From positions 7,192,001 to 7,256,000 of the forward strand of contig NC_043011.1 of assembly GCF_006345805.1 (NCBI RefSeq): 64,000 nt of DNA. The letters run 5' to 3'. The notes beneath the pieces are model-generated. The model was given only the letters and a program-made list of their open reading frames with translations, was not told the origin of the DNA and did no database searches. Position numbers and translations under genes: made by a program. Below, one piece after another: positions 53,155-64,000 of the stretch. Origin of the DNA: Octopus sinensis (lineage: Eukaryota). Each line of letters starts with the position of its first letter. The first letter of the stretch is position 1.

Positions 53155-53530
53155 TGTTAAAAGCACCATTTGAGCGTGATCGTTGCCAGTGCCACTGACT
53201 GGCTTCCATGCTGGTGGCACATAAAAAAAGCACCATTAGAATGTGGTCATTGCCAGTGCCGCCAGACTAGCTCCTGTGCAGTCGGCACGTAAAAAGCACC
53301 ATTTGAGGATGGCCAATGCGAGTACTGCCTGACTGGCCCTCATGCCAGTGGCATGTAAATGCACCCACTACACTCTCAGAGTTGTTGGTGTTAGGAAGGG
53401 CATCCAGCTATAAAAACTTTGCCAAATCAGATTGGAGACTGGTGCAGCCTTCAGGCTCGCCGGCCCTCAGTCAAACCATCCAACCCATGCCAGCATGGAA
53501 AGCAAACGTTAAACAATGATGATGATGATG
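53150..53530 (+). mobile_element. RTE 3'-UTR fragment with tandem units
   Basis: Repeated gcac(g/a)taaaaagcacca units and a (GAT)n tail. Confidence 0.8.
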
Positions 53531-53756
53531 ATATATAAAGTATGGGGGTTTAGTTCACAGGTAATCTAAATGATTAGGTACACTAGGTAAGTGCTATAAT
53601 GGATTATGAGGGCCCCAAGGTTATAGCCAAGATGGTAGTTATGCAGATTACCGATACAGCGGATATATGATTGTTAAATAGAGTGGAAGAAATCACAGTG
53701 CCATCCAAGAATTGGCTTTACTTGGTATGAAGAAAGAAAGATGGTCTGTGCACAAA

Positions 53757-54078
53757 TGAAGGTATGTGGTTTAGTGGTTGGGGTATACGGCTCATGACTG
53801 CAAGGTTGTGAGTTCGATTCTCAGCCATGAGTTGTGTCCTTGAGCAAGGCACTTTATTTCACATTGCTCCAGTCCACTCAGCTGGCAAAAGTGAGTTGTA
53901 CCTGTATTTCAAAGGGCCAGCCTTGTCACACTCTGTATCATGCTGAATCTTCCTGAGAACTATGTTAAGGGTACACATGTCTGTGGAGTGCTCAGCCACT
54001 TGCATGTCAATTTCACAAGCAGGCTGTTCCATTGATCGGATCACCCGGAACGATCATTATTGTAACCGGCAGAGTGCC
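53757..54078 (+). mobile_element. tRNA-derived CORE-like SINE family D
   Basis: A and B boxes, then gtgtccttgagcaaggcacttta (CORE-like). Confidence 0.75.
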
Positions 54079-54155
54079 AGTTTAGTTTGTGTTCTCAGTG
54101 GAAGTAATTTAGACACAAAAGGGAACCGATAATGGAGAGTTCTTTAGTTTTGCAA

Positions 54156-54419
54156 TTAGCCCAGAAGAAACCAGATGAAGTCTTGTTTTATGGAGGTGAA
54201 GGGTAACAAATTTACTTTTACTGACATTCTCAATAGCAAGAAAACAATGTTGTTTGACATCATGAAGCAGATTCTTAAGAAACCATACTTGTAGCTGGGG
54301 AGTAGAGTATGAGGTTGGAGGTGATAAAAGGAAATAGCTGTTTTTATCACTGTTTCAACCAACTTTGAGATATTCAAAGAAAGGGTAACAGGATGGCAGT
54401 TGACAGGGTCAACAAGCAA
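54156..54419 (-). mobile_element. Highly decayed CR1/L2-type RT remnant
   Basis: DPVNCHPVTLSLNISKLVETVI...LLPSYKYGF resembles the NYRPISL...KLLE...QYGF motif. Confidence 0.5.
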
Positions 54420-54930
54420 TATAATATTTGTTCATTGACCGATTTTAAATTTATAATTTGTAGGTTAGTTGCACAAACTTCCAGATTTTTTTTTTTTTTA
54501 CACTGAAATTATAGCAAACTGATGATGATAACGTTGCTTCCAAATAGTGCAAAAAAAATTAAAATAAAATAACAAAAAAGGGTAATTTATTTAGCAAAAC
54601 TGCTAAAATTTTTGCTGTTATTCAATACAATTTTCAAACAACATGGTACTATGTGTAATCTGGCCTTACACTCGATGCTATTTTTCTATCTCTCTTCCAG
54701 TTTTAACCTACTTTTCATCTATTTCTGTACACACACAGATCCCCACCCCCACACAGAGTCTCTCTGTCCAGTCTGTTTGTCTCTCTCTGTTTGAGTTTTT
54801 CTACAAAAATATAACCAAAATGAAAATTAAATCTGATTTATATTTATGCACCATTGTTTCATTCCTCACCACAGAATTTTCCCAGTTTTTCCTTTTTTTA
54901 ATGGTTTCTGCATCAAAGTCATTAACATGA

Positions 54931-55336
54931 TCTTTATTATTCTTTTATTTGTTTCAGTCATTTGACTGTGGCCATGCTGGAGCACTGCCTTTAGTTGAAC
55001 AAATCGACCCCCAGGACTTGTTCTCTGTAAGTCTAGTGCTTATTCTATCAGTCTCTTTTGCCAAACCACTAAGTTATGTGGATGCAAACACACCAACATC
55101 GGTTGTCAAGTGATGGTGGGGGGACAGATACACAGACACACACACACACAAACACACACATATATATATATAGAGATATATACAACAGGCTTCTTTCAGT
55201 TTCCATCTATCAAATCCACTCATAAGGCTTTGGTCAGCCCGAGGCTATAGTAGAAGACACTTGCCCAAGGTGCTACACAGTGGGACTGAACCTGGAACCA
55301 TGTGGTGAGGAAACAAGCTACTTAGCACACAGCCAG
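54931..55336 (-). mobile_element. SINE family A, intact (older)
   Basis: Colinear with the A consensus. Confidence 0.85.
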
Positions 55337-57817
55337 TGTTTATTAATGTTTTTTTTTATGCCATACAAATATTTTTTTCAATTTTTATTTTTGATAATGG
55401 AGAAGGCAGTAATCCTAATCCTTTATAAGCCTTCCAAGACTAGTAGGAAGGAGGGAACCTGGTTCAAGTAGGAACTGCTAAAGGTACTGAGATGCTAGGT
55501 GGTGGTATTAAAACAGATGATAGATTATTATGTCTACAGCCCAAGTAGACCAAGGTGGGATTTGAATTCAGAACACAAACAGCAAGAACAAATACCACAA
55601 GGCATCCAGTCTGATTTTCTTGAAGTTTCAATAATCCACTGGCCTAAACTGGCATTTTTAAAAATTTTTGTTTTTAATTAACTCCAAAAGGATGGCAGGC
55701 AAAGATGACTTGGTGGTATTTGAACTCAGAGTGAACAGAATCAGAACTAATACCACAAGCCATTCTATCCAATGCTAGCACCTATGAGTAATTCATTTTC
55801 TAATTATTTCTAGATTTTGATTCCTTACATCTGAGAATTATTGTACATTTATTCCAGAAGTCAATGCTTTGCTGAGGAGGCTTGATAATACTGAAACATG
55901 TCAGGAATTGTCTCTCATAGTTGCTGAAAGCCTCAGAGCATTACAAGTAATTGCAAGCCTTTTTTTTTACCTTCTACTGTTTGGTCAGGGAAGGAAGGAC
56001 AGTGTTTGTGGCCCTTTATTTTTCAGAAATTCTGAGACAAGTGGGTCAGAGGAAAGTATCCTCAAACTGGACACCCAGCCCAAGTGCTCATAGCTGAGTG
56101 AAATCCAATAAAGACACCCAAGGTCCAGGTGTTGGTGTTAAACCAAGATTCCGGTTAAGTCTATCAGGTAAGAAGAACAAATATGGTAAAAGATCTCATC
56201 CAACACTATCATCGTCATCATCATTTAATAGCCATTCTCCATGCTGGCAAGGGTTGGCCAGTTTGACAGAAGCTCGTAAGCCAGAGAGCTGCACCAGGCT
56301 CTCCAGTCATGGTTTCTATATCTGAATGCCCCTCCTAATGCCAACCACCTTACATAGTGCACTGAGAGCTTTTTCTTTTTTTTACATGGCACCTTCACAA
56401 GTGCTTCATTTGTGGCACCAGCATGGGTGCTGCACATGTGGCACTAACATAGGTGCTTTTCACGAAACACTGGCACAATTCCACTAAGCCACTGCTCTGA
56501 ATAGGTTCTTTATTAATCAACTTATAATAGCACAGAGAACAGAACAAAAACTGCATATTCTAATGACCCTACCAACTGGTTGACTGTATAAAAATTTTAA
56601 CATTAACTTAATGCATAAATAAAGTTAACCCAAATAATCTACAGAATCGTTATTGATTTTTGCCCATGTTAGTCTGTGTTGAGTTGTGTATTTTCTGACA
56701 GTGAAATTCCAAGTTTATGAATCAAATCAACATCATCATTGATTTAACATCCACTTTCCCATGCTTGCAAGAGTCAGAAGGAATCCTTCGAAGGAGATCT
56801 TCTACAGCCCTTTACTTTTTTCAGTCATTAGGCTGCAGTAACACCTTGAAGAATTTCTAGTCGACTGAATCAACCCCATGGGCTTCTTACCATTTCTGTC
56901 TACCCAATCTACTCACAAGGCTTTGGTTGGCCCAAGACTATAGCAGAAAAAAAACTTGTCTATAGTGCCATGAAGTGAGACTGAACTCAGAACAATGTGG
57001 TTGGGAAGCAAACTTCTTACCACAGAGCCATGCCTGACCCCCACCCCTGTTTCCAAGCAAGGTAAATATTCCCCCATGAACAAACAAGCTCTCATGGAAT
57101 ATTGGAAATGAGTGATACCACCCGTATGACAGGGACACTCACTTACAACCACCACACAATATCAACACACACATGCAAATACACACACACACACACATGC
57201 AAATACACACACACACACACACCATGGTGGATAGCTTTGTTTGTCTATTTGTGTTTTAAACAGCTTGGTGTGAATTAAAGAAATATATTTTAAGCCCCAG
57301 TCAGGAGGAGGACTGAAATTCCAATAATTAAAAAGTCTTTAGCTATGATAGTAAATTGTGAGAAAACAAAAATACATTCCTTCTGTGCTTTTGATATGCA
57401 GAAAAAAAGATTGGAAGACAAGATTAGATAAGACTTCTATGAGAAAGAATCAACAAAAAATGCCATACATTTTTTTTTTTTCCACATCAAAAGCCTGACG
57501 GGAATATTGTTATTTTCTTACACACACACATTTGAATTTAGAAACAAGAAAAAAAATGTTGAACTTAATCTATTTAGTAGAGTTCTTTTATTTGAAGCTT
57601 AAGGCTTCTGTCCATTGCTATTCGGAGTACCATGCTCCCTTTTTCACTGCAACTGAAATTTAAATCAGTTGCTATGGAAAATAGAATATCAAACTCAAAG
57701 TAACAATGGAGGATTGTGTGTTGTGTGTGCATGTGTATATATATATATATAAATCCTTTAAAATGTTTTAGCCCGAAGGCCGTGGCCATGCTGGGGCACC
57801 ACCGCTGAAATATATAT

Positions 57818-57896
57818 ATAAATTAGAAAAAAACACCTTTTATCAATTCAAAATGAACAATTAAATTACACCATCTATAAAAGGTTGTTTTTTCTA

Positions 57897-57933
<37 letters not shown>

Positions 57934-58019
57934 TTTGTGAAATTTGATTTAGTATTTCTCAATTGAATTTTTCCCTGTAAGTTAGGAATAATATTCCCTC
58001 AAATTATTATTATTATCAT

Positions 58020-58022
<3 letters not shown>
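57818..58022. repeat. Second, inverted and internally deleted copy of the X/Y composite repeat
   Basis: Matches 23158-23482. Confidence 0.75.
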
Positions 58023-58101
<79 letters not shown>

Positions 58102-58145
58102 GCTTGTGTTTGTTTTTAAGGCAATAAACATTTAAACTATATTAC

Positions 58146-58223
58146 CAGAAGTACCAGAGTTCCCAAACTTTGTAAGATTTGCAGCAAATATTGTAACCAC
58201 AACAATATTCATCATCACCACAC
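58146..58223 (-). CDS. Internal coding exon of a VOPP1/WBP1-family (Shisa-like) membrane protein; Cys-rich ectodomain (x)[25 protein letters not shown](W)
   Basis: Minus-strand acceptor cctttctttctctctctttcag|G and donor CTG|gtaata; 78 nt, phase 2/2, open. The C-x5-CC-x4-CC pattern followed by ELWYFW matches the VOPP1/WBP1 family signature as I recall it. VOPP1 versus WBP1 orthology is not resolved. Confidence 0.9.
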
Positions 58224-58861
58224 CTGAAAGAGAGAGAAAGAAAGGATTAACATACCAAACTGGGAAGATTACATATTTGGATAACGCCATTATGACTAGC
58301 ATCATCATCACCATCATCATTATTGTTGTACTGCCGTTTTGTTTAGCCCTAGGCAACACTGCTGAAGTAGATGTATGATCAAAGGTGTCCCAAGCATGAC
58401 TATCATCATCAACATTTAACATCCATTTTCCAAGCTAGCATAGGTTGAATGGCTTGACATGAACTGGCAAGGCCAGGGGCCTCACCAGGAGCCAGAATTT
58501 GTTTTGGCTTGGTTTCTGCAGCCAGATGCCCTTCCTAACACCAACCACTTTACAGAGTGTACTGGATGCTTTTTACATGGCACCATCACTAGTTGATTTT
58601 TATGTGGCACCAGCACCAGTCCTTTGTATGTAGCCCCAGCACCCACACCAATGCTTTTTACAGGGCACCTAGTGTCTTTTTATTTTTTGTGTTGAGAACT
58701 AAACTAGTCATGTGACTAGCTGGCAGAATCATAACTGGTGCTGGTCAGAATGTGCAGCAGCATTTCCTTTGGCCCCTTATGTTCCCAAGTCAAATCTCAC
58801 CAATTTCAACCCACTGGGTCACCACAACTTAAATCAATAAGGGAGTCTCCACAATCATATA

Positions 58862-59090
58862 TATTTCTTTACTACCCACAAGGAATTAAACACAGAGAGG
58901 ACAAACAAGGACAAACAGATTAAGTCGATTATATCGACCCCAGTGCGTAACTGGTACTTAATTTATCGACCCCGAAAGGATGAAAGGCAAAGTCGACCTC
59001 GGCGGAATTTGAACTCAGAACGTAACGGCAGACGAAATACCACAAAGCATATTGCCCCGCGTGCTAACGTTTCTGCCAGCTCGCCGCCTT
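58862..59090 (-). mobile_element. SINE family B (Nin-type)
   Basis: Same consensus as other B copies. Confidence 0.85.
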
Positions 59091-60429
59091 TCATATAACC
59101 TACAAGAAATAGCAGCTAAATTTCCTTTAAATCATGCTGTCATCTTAAAAAAAAGGACACATTAGATAATACAGGCCTAGACACACTACATCTAAATAAA
59201 AGGGGAAGTATATTTGGTGAACAGTGCTATTGTTGATCACAACATTTTAAGAGGCTAATCACTGGTTCGTTGCATTTTTGACGGTAACATGACAATGGAC
59301 AGCCTGCACAACACAGCACAGAACAAACACCATGCTGTGATTATCTATTCAATGACATTTTTGACATTAGTCCTTTTGACATGAATAAATATAGACCATG
59401 CATGTAAATCTAGAGAAGATTAAAAATGCTACATGTTTGTCTTTGAAACAGCTTTAATCCTTTTGTTATCATTTCTTTTTTTTTTTTTGAAATGTACAGA
59501 CTTTGAATAAAGAATTTATGAGAATAACTTTGTCCTTAACAAGCTGGTGTTTAGGACATAGATTAGTATGAAATTTCATTGGGAGTTTTTAATTTAGATA
59601 ATTTTAAAACAGGCAGCTTGTATCATAAAACCTGGGATGGTTTCAGGTAGGTCAGTATCTAAAGGGTTAACCCTTTTGATACCAACTCACCTGAGACTGC
59701 CCTTTATTCTATAATACAAGTCTCCTGTTTTGAAGTGATCTAAATTTAAACCAGCCATATCTGGCCTATCACACCTACCTTAAATATCATTGTAAAATAA
59801 ACAATCACATCATGAACATCTCAAAGCAAGAAGATAATGCACGATTAATTCAAAGCAACGTGAATAAATAAGTATTGTTTGACAGGTTAATCTAAATGAG
59901 AAATGGTTAAACCTTCCATCAAAATTTCATAATTTATATTCCAAACCACAGATTGATAATGACACAGTTTGGAAATCTTTCGCCACACATCTGTGACCTC
60001 TTCAGCGACCACTTTCTGTCCTCATGTGTGCTCTTGCTATACTTAGTCCACCTAGAGAATGAACTATTTCAACAGAAATATAGTAAAGACAGGGGTTGAA
60101 GTGCATCCTAACAGTGGCAATCCAATACTTTTTTCCTGATTAGTCAAATTTAATACATATTCGTTCACATTGCTTTGAATTAATCACAATTATCTTGTAG
60201 CTTCAAGTTGATGGGTTATTCTTAGAATGACGTTGTGGGGTAAGTGTGAGAGGCTAGGCCTTGCCAGTTTAAATATGAAACAGAATATCTGGACCCAGAT
60301 ATGGCCGGTTTAAATGCTAAAGGGTCAAAGGTCAATTTTCATCCAGTTCACCCAGCAGACTTGTGATTAAAGGCATTCGACTCCTGGGCATCTCATCCTT
60401 TATATTTCACATTTGATCTAAGATAATGA

Positions 60430-60791
60430 TTTCTTTTACTTGTTTAAGTCATTCAACTGTGGCTTTGTTGGAGCACTACCTTGAAAAATTTTTTAGTCAA
60501 ACAAATTGACCCCTAGTTCTTATTTTTTAAAGCCTCTTATTACATTGGTCTTTTTTGTCAAACATTGAGTTACAGGAACATAAACAAGCCAACACCATTT
60601 GTCAAGTGATGGTAACCCACACACACATGACGGGCTTCTTTCAGTTTCCATCTGCCAAATCCATTCACAAGATTTTGGTTGGCCTGAGGCTATAGTAGAA
60701 GACACTTGCCCAAGGTGCCACACTACAGGACTGAACCCAGTACCATGTAGTTGGGAAGCAAGCTTCTTACTACACAGCCACGTCAGCACCT
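60430..60791 (-). mobile_element. SINE family A, full span, old
   Basis: Colinear with the A consensus but diverged. Confidence 0.75.
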
Positions 60792-62124
60792 ATGGCCACA
60801 CCTGCACTTATATATTTCAATGAATTTTAACAACAAAAGTTGAGTTGATGAGGGAACTGACTGCTATTCCTAGCATGTTGAGTGACACCAGTAAACACAC
60901 TCACAAACACGACTCTGAACCCGTAATGATCAAAGAAAGGCATTCCAACCATCACCTACCAAGCTTTTATTTTTGAGGCATAGTGTACCCCAGACTACAT
61001 TATCAAATGTGTCTTAAAAAAAAAAGAATCTGGTGGACACAAGGGAGATTTGGCTTAACAACAACAAAAGAGAAAAAGAAATGGTCAAGTTTAGAACATG
61101 GGATGGTGACAACAGGACTGAGTGGCCATAATTGAAACATTAAAACAAAAAAAAGAATGGTCAGTCAAAGTTGAACCATTTCAAAAAGAAAACAAATGGG
61201 ATGGTCATTGTTGGAACACTTTTCAAAGAATTACCCCCATAAAAGGATGTGGCATTTTTAATCTCTATATGCTATAGTCATGTCAAAGAGACCAATGAAA
61301 AGATAGCAGTCTGAATATGATTGTGTGGAAACAGCCAATGAGAAATTAGTGGTCTATGTGGTGTATAACTAAAAAAAGAAAAACTGGGTTTTTACCCAAA
61401 CAAATGCAATGACATCATCACATTATCTCAGTTGTTGAGCTTTATTCACATCCTGTTTGGAAAATATGTAAACTGTTGTTAGTAAACAATACAAAGGAAA
61501 GTGGAAAACCAAGAAAGTAAAAATGAAAATTAGCACCTCTGTGAATCAAGTCTATAAATTTATAAAAAAGTACACATATTTGGTGTATCTTTCTATAAGC
61601 TGCACTCTAAATTTTCCAGATAAAAAATAGTGGCTTATACACTGTAAAATACGGTGTTTGTAGAGGCAGTGACAAATTTGCTTGCAAGTTGCTAGTTGAT
61701 AGTGTAGAAGTAGCTGTCCGTCAGTAGGGGGATAGAGTAAGGAATGCACAGTGCTGACAAGAAAGAAAGAAAGGATAAAAGTGGCATCGTCTTCACTCGA
61801 CATACGAATAGAAGAGTGGTGACATTTAGTAGAAATGACCCAGAAGTTGACCCGGAAAGCAGTAGTTTTCTTCAACTGAATACATGTTGTTGATTGGTTA
61901 AAATTACCTAAATACAACTTTAACATGAAATAATTTCTAAAATATGAAATTTTGTCAAAAATGTTCAAAGTAAACCGTGTTCTGCAGGAAAAATTCCACC
62001 AGTATACAAAGTTTCAAACTGTTTAGTTAAAAAAATTAATTCAAAAATCTGTGAGCCAAACTGAACAGATCCACAGATTTTAATTCCAGGTTCAGATTTC
62101 TCTACTTTGTTGACATTGTTGTCA

Positions 62125-62352
62125 TAAATCCTTTAGCATTCACATTACTCTGTCAAATGTTATGCTTATTTATTCATATTGTTCTGAATTAATCAAGGAT
62201 TATCTTGTAGTTTCAAGATTCCAATGATGTTACTGTTTATTTTTAGAATGATATTGTAGAATAGGTGTAAAAGGCCAGATGAGAATGGTTTAAACATAAA
62301 ACAAGTAGAATATTTGGAGTGGATATAATCACTTTAAATGCTGAAGGATTAA
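62125..62352. mobile_element. piggyBac-like TTAA MITE (related copies at about 48250-48375, 59670-59915, 60150-60330, 63142-63345)
   Basis: cctttagcatt...aatgctgaaggattaa termini; body shared among copies. Confidence 0.6.
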
Positions 62353-62514
62353 TCCTTTTGATAGCAACTCACCTGAAATGTTTCTGCTTCTATGATACAA
62401 ACTTTTTTTTGAAAGTCATCTAAACTAAAACCTATGACAATTTCATGTTAATTTACATTCCAAACACCAGCCTAATTAATGAGTTACTTTACTAACATGG
62501 CTGTGCGTTACCTT

Positions 62515-63125
62515 TTTAACTGCGGAAGGAACCTGTGGTAGAGGTAGACCCAGGAAGACATGAGATGAGGTGGTGAAGCATGTCCTTTGAACATTGGGCC
62601 TCACAGAAGCAATGACAGGAGACTGAAACCTTTGGAGATATGCTGTGATTGAGAAAACCCGGCAACTAAAGTGAGATTGCAGCTACACATGTCTGGCTCA
62701 GTTAAGAGTAACCCTGGTGCATGGGGCAATATGATATGCTTCAGAAGACCTGTTGAGTCAAGTAAAACCAATATCGTAGCTGTGGCCAGTGCCCCCTGAC
62801 TGGCTCCCGTGCCAGTGGCACGTAAAAAGCACCACTCGAACGTGGCCGATGTCAGTACGCCTTCACTGGCTCCCATGCTGATGGCACGTAAAAAGCACAT
62901 CCAAACATGGCCGATACCAGTATCCCTTGACTGGCCCCTGTACTAGTGGCCATGTAAAAAGCACTATCTGAACATGATTGATGCCAGGCCCACCTGACTG
63001 GTTCACATAAAAAGCACCCAGTACACTCTTGGAGTGGTTGGCATTAGGAAGGGCATCCAGCTGTAGAAACATTGCCAGATCAGATTGGAGCCTGGTGCAG
63101 TCGGTGGCTCTCCAGACCTCAGTCA
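62515..63125 (+). mobile_element. Older RTE 3' fragment (end of ORF plus UTR units)
   Basis: gtagaggtagacccaggaagacatg matches 51230-51255. Confidence 0.8.
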
Positions 63126-63346
63126 AAAAGTTTTTAAGATATTAACTCTTGAGCATTTAAACTGGCCATATCCAGCCCAACTATCCTATTTGTCTTTTAT
63201 GTTGAAACTGACCAAATCCACCCTTTCATATCTACCCTATAATATCATTCTAAACATAAACAATCACATCATTAAAATAATACAGGATCAATTCAAAACA
63301 ATGTGAATTAAATAAGTATTATAGTTGACAGAGTAATCTAAATTCT

Positions 63347-63672
63347 GACTCCCTTCGGTCATGACTGACCATGAGATTGCACCTAGAAAGTTACCCTCTG
63401 AGGCACAAGTCTGGGCAAGGTTGTTTGTGGAAGGCCAGCAGTCGCCCATGCATACCAGATTCCCCTCTCCATGCCACCGATGTTATCCAAGGGAAAGGCA
63501 AAGGGGCCAATACAGCTTGGCACCAGTGATGTCGCAACTCATTTCTATAGCTGAGTGAACTGGAGCAACGTGAAATAAAGTGTCTTGCTCAAGAACACAA
63601 CACACAGCCCAGTCTGAAAATCAAACTAACTATTTCGTGATTGTGAGCCTGACGCTCTAACCACTGAGCCAT
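63347..63672 (-). mobile_element. CORE-like SINE with a different tail
   Basis: Head and CORE as in 53757; tail unrelated. Confidence 0.7.
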
Positions 63673-64000
63673 TTGCTGTTGAAATACACTACCTTCCAGC
63701 ATTATCATCAATTAATGTCTGTCGTTCATGCTGGCATGATTTGGAGGGTTTGATAGGCTGCAACGAGTCAGAGGATTGCGTTCAGCTCCAGTGTATGCTT
63801 TGGCATGGTTTCTACAGCTGGATGCCCTTCCTAATGCCAACCACTTTACAGAGTGTACTGGACGTTTTTTTTTTATGGGCACTAGTAAGGTCACCAAGTA
63901 ATTTGCAAGACATCACAAAAGAAAAAAAAACCCTAGCCAACCGAGTGGTGTTGTAGTAGAGGGGAGAGATGGCTTTGTGGAGAGATGCCTTTGTTCAGAG

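Noticed and set aside
58224-58300. Donor ttg|gtatgt that would add MALSKYVIFPVW before the Cys exon
   Set aside because: The implied intron is only about 32 nt, too short.

Overview
AT-rich, repeat-saturated eukaryotic DNA. The SINE, LINE and microsatellite inventory looks like Octopus; this is recognised from memory of octopus repeats, not from a search. Almost all ORFs in the supplied track are artefacts of microsatellites or antisense SINE/LINE tails. Reading splice signals by hand gives one real gene that the track misses: three minus-strand exons (58223-58146, 36691-36556, 33185-33051) that splice in frame into a VOPP1/WBP1-family (Shisa-like) single-pass membrane protein, ...[49 protein letters not shown]...DYFQR*. 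Its signal-peptide exon was not found and probably lies beyond 64000. The rest is mobile DNA: several tRNA-derived SINE families, 5'-truncated RTE and CR1 LINEs, a DD37D (maT) Tc1/mariner relic, MITEs, a Helitron-like end, foldback repeats and very large TA-type microsatellites. The most unusual signals are (1) a tRNA-headed SINE whose tail is a Penelope-type minimal hammerhead ribozyme and which twice occurs as head-to-head pairs, (2) other hammerhead motifs, one in the sense strand of the gene's intron, (3) a 10:0 strand bias of intact SINE copies, (4) modular shuffling among SINE families and (5) the absence of PPxY motifs in the VOPP1/WBP1-like tail. All coordinates were counted by hand; repeat edges may be off by a few bases.
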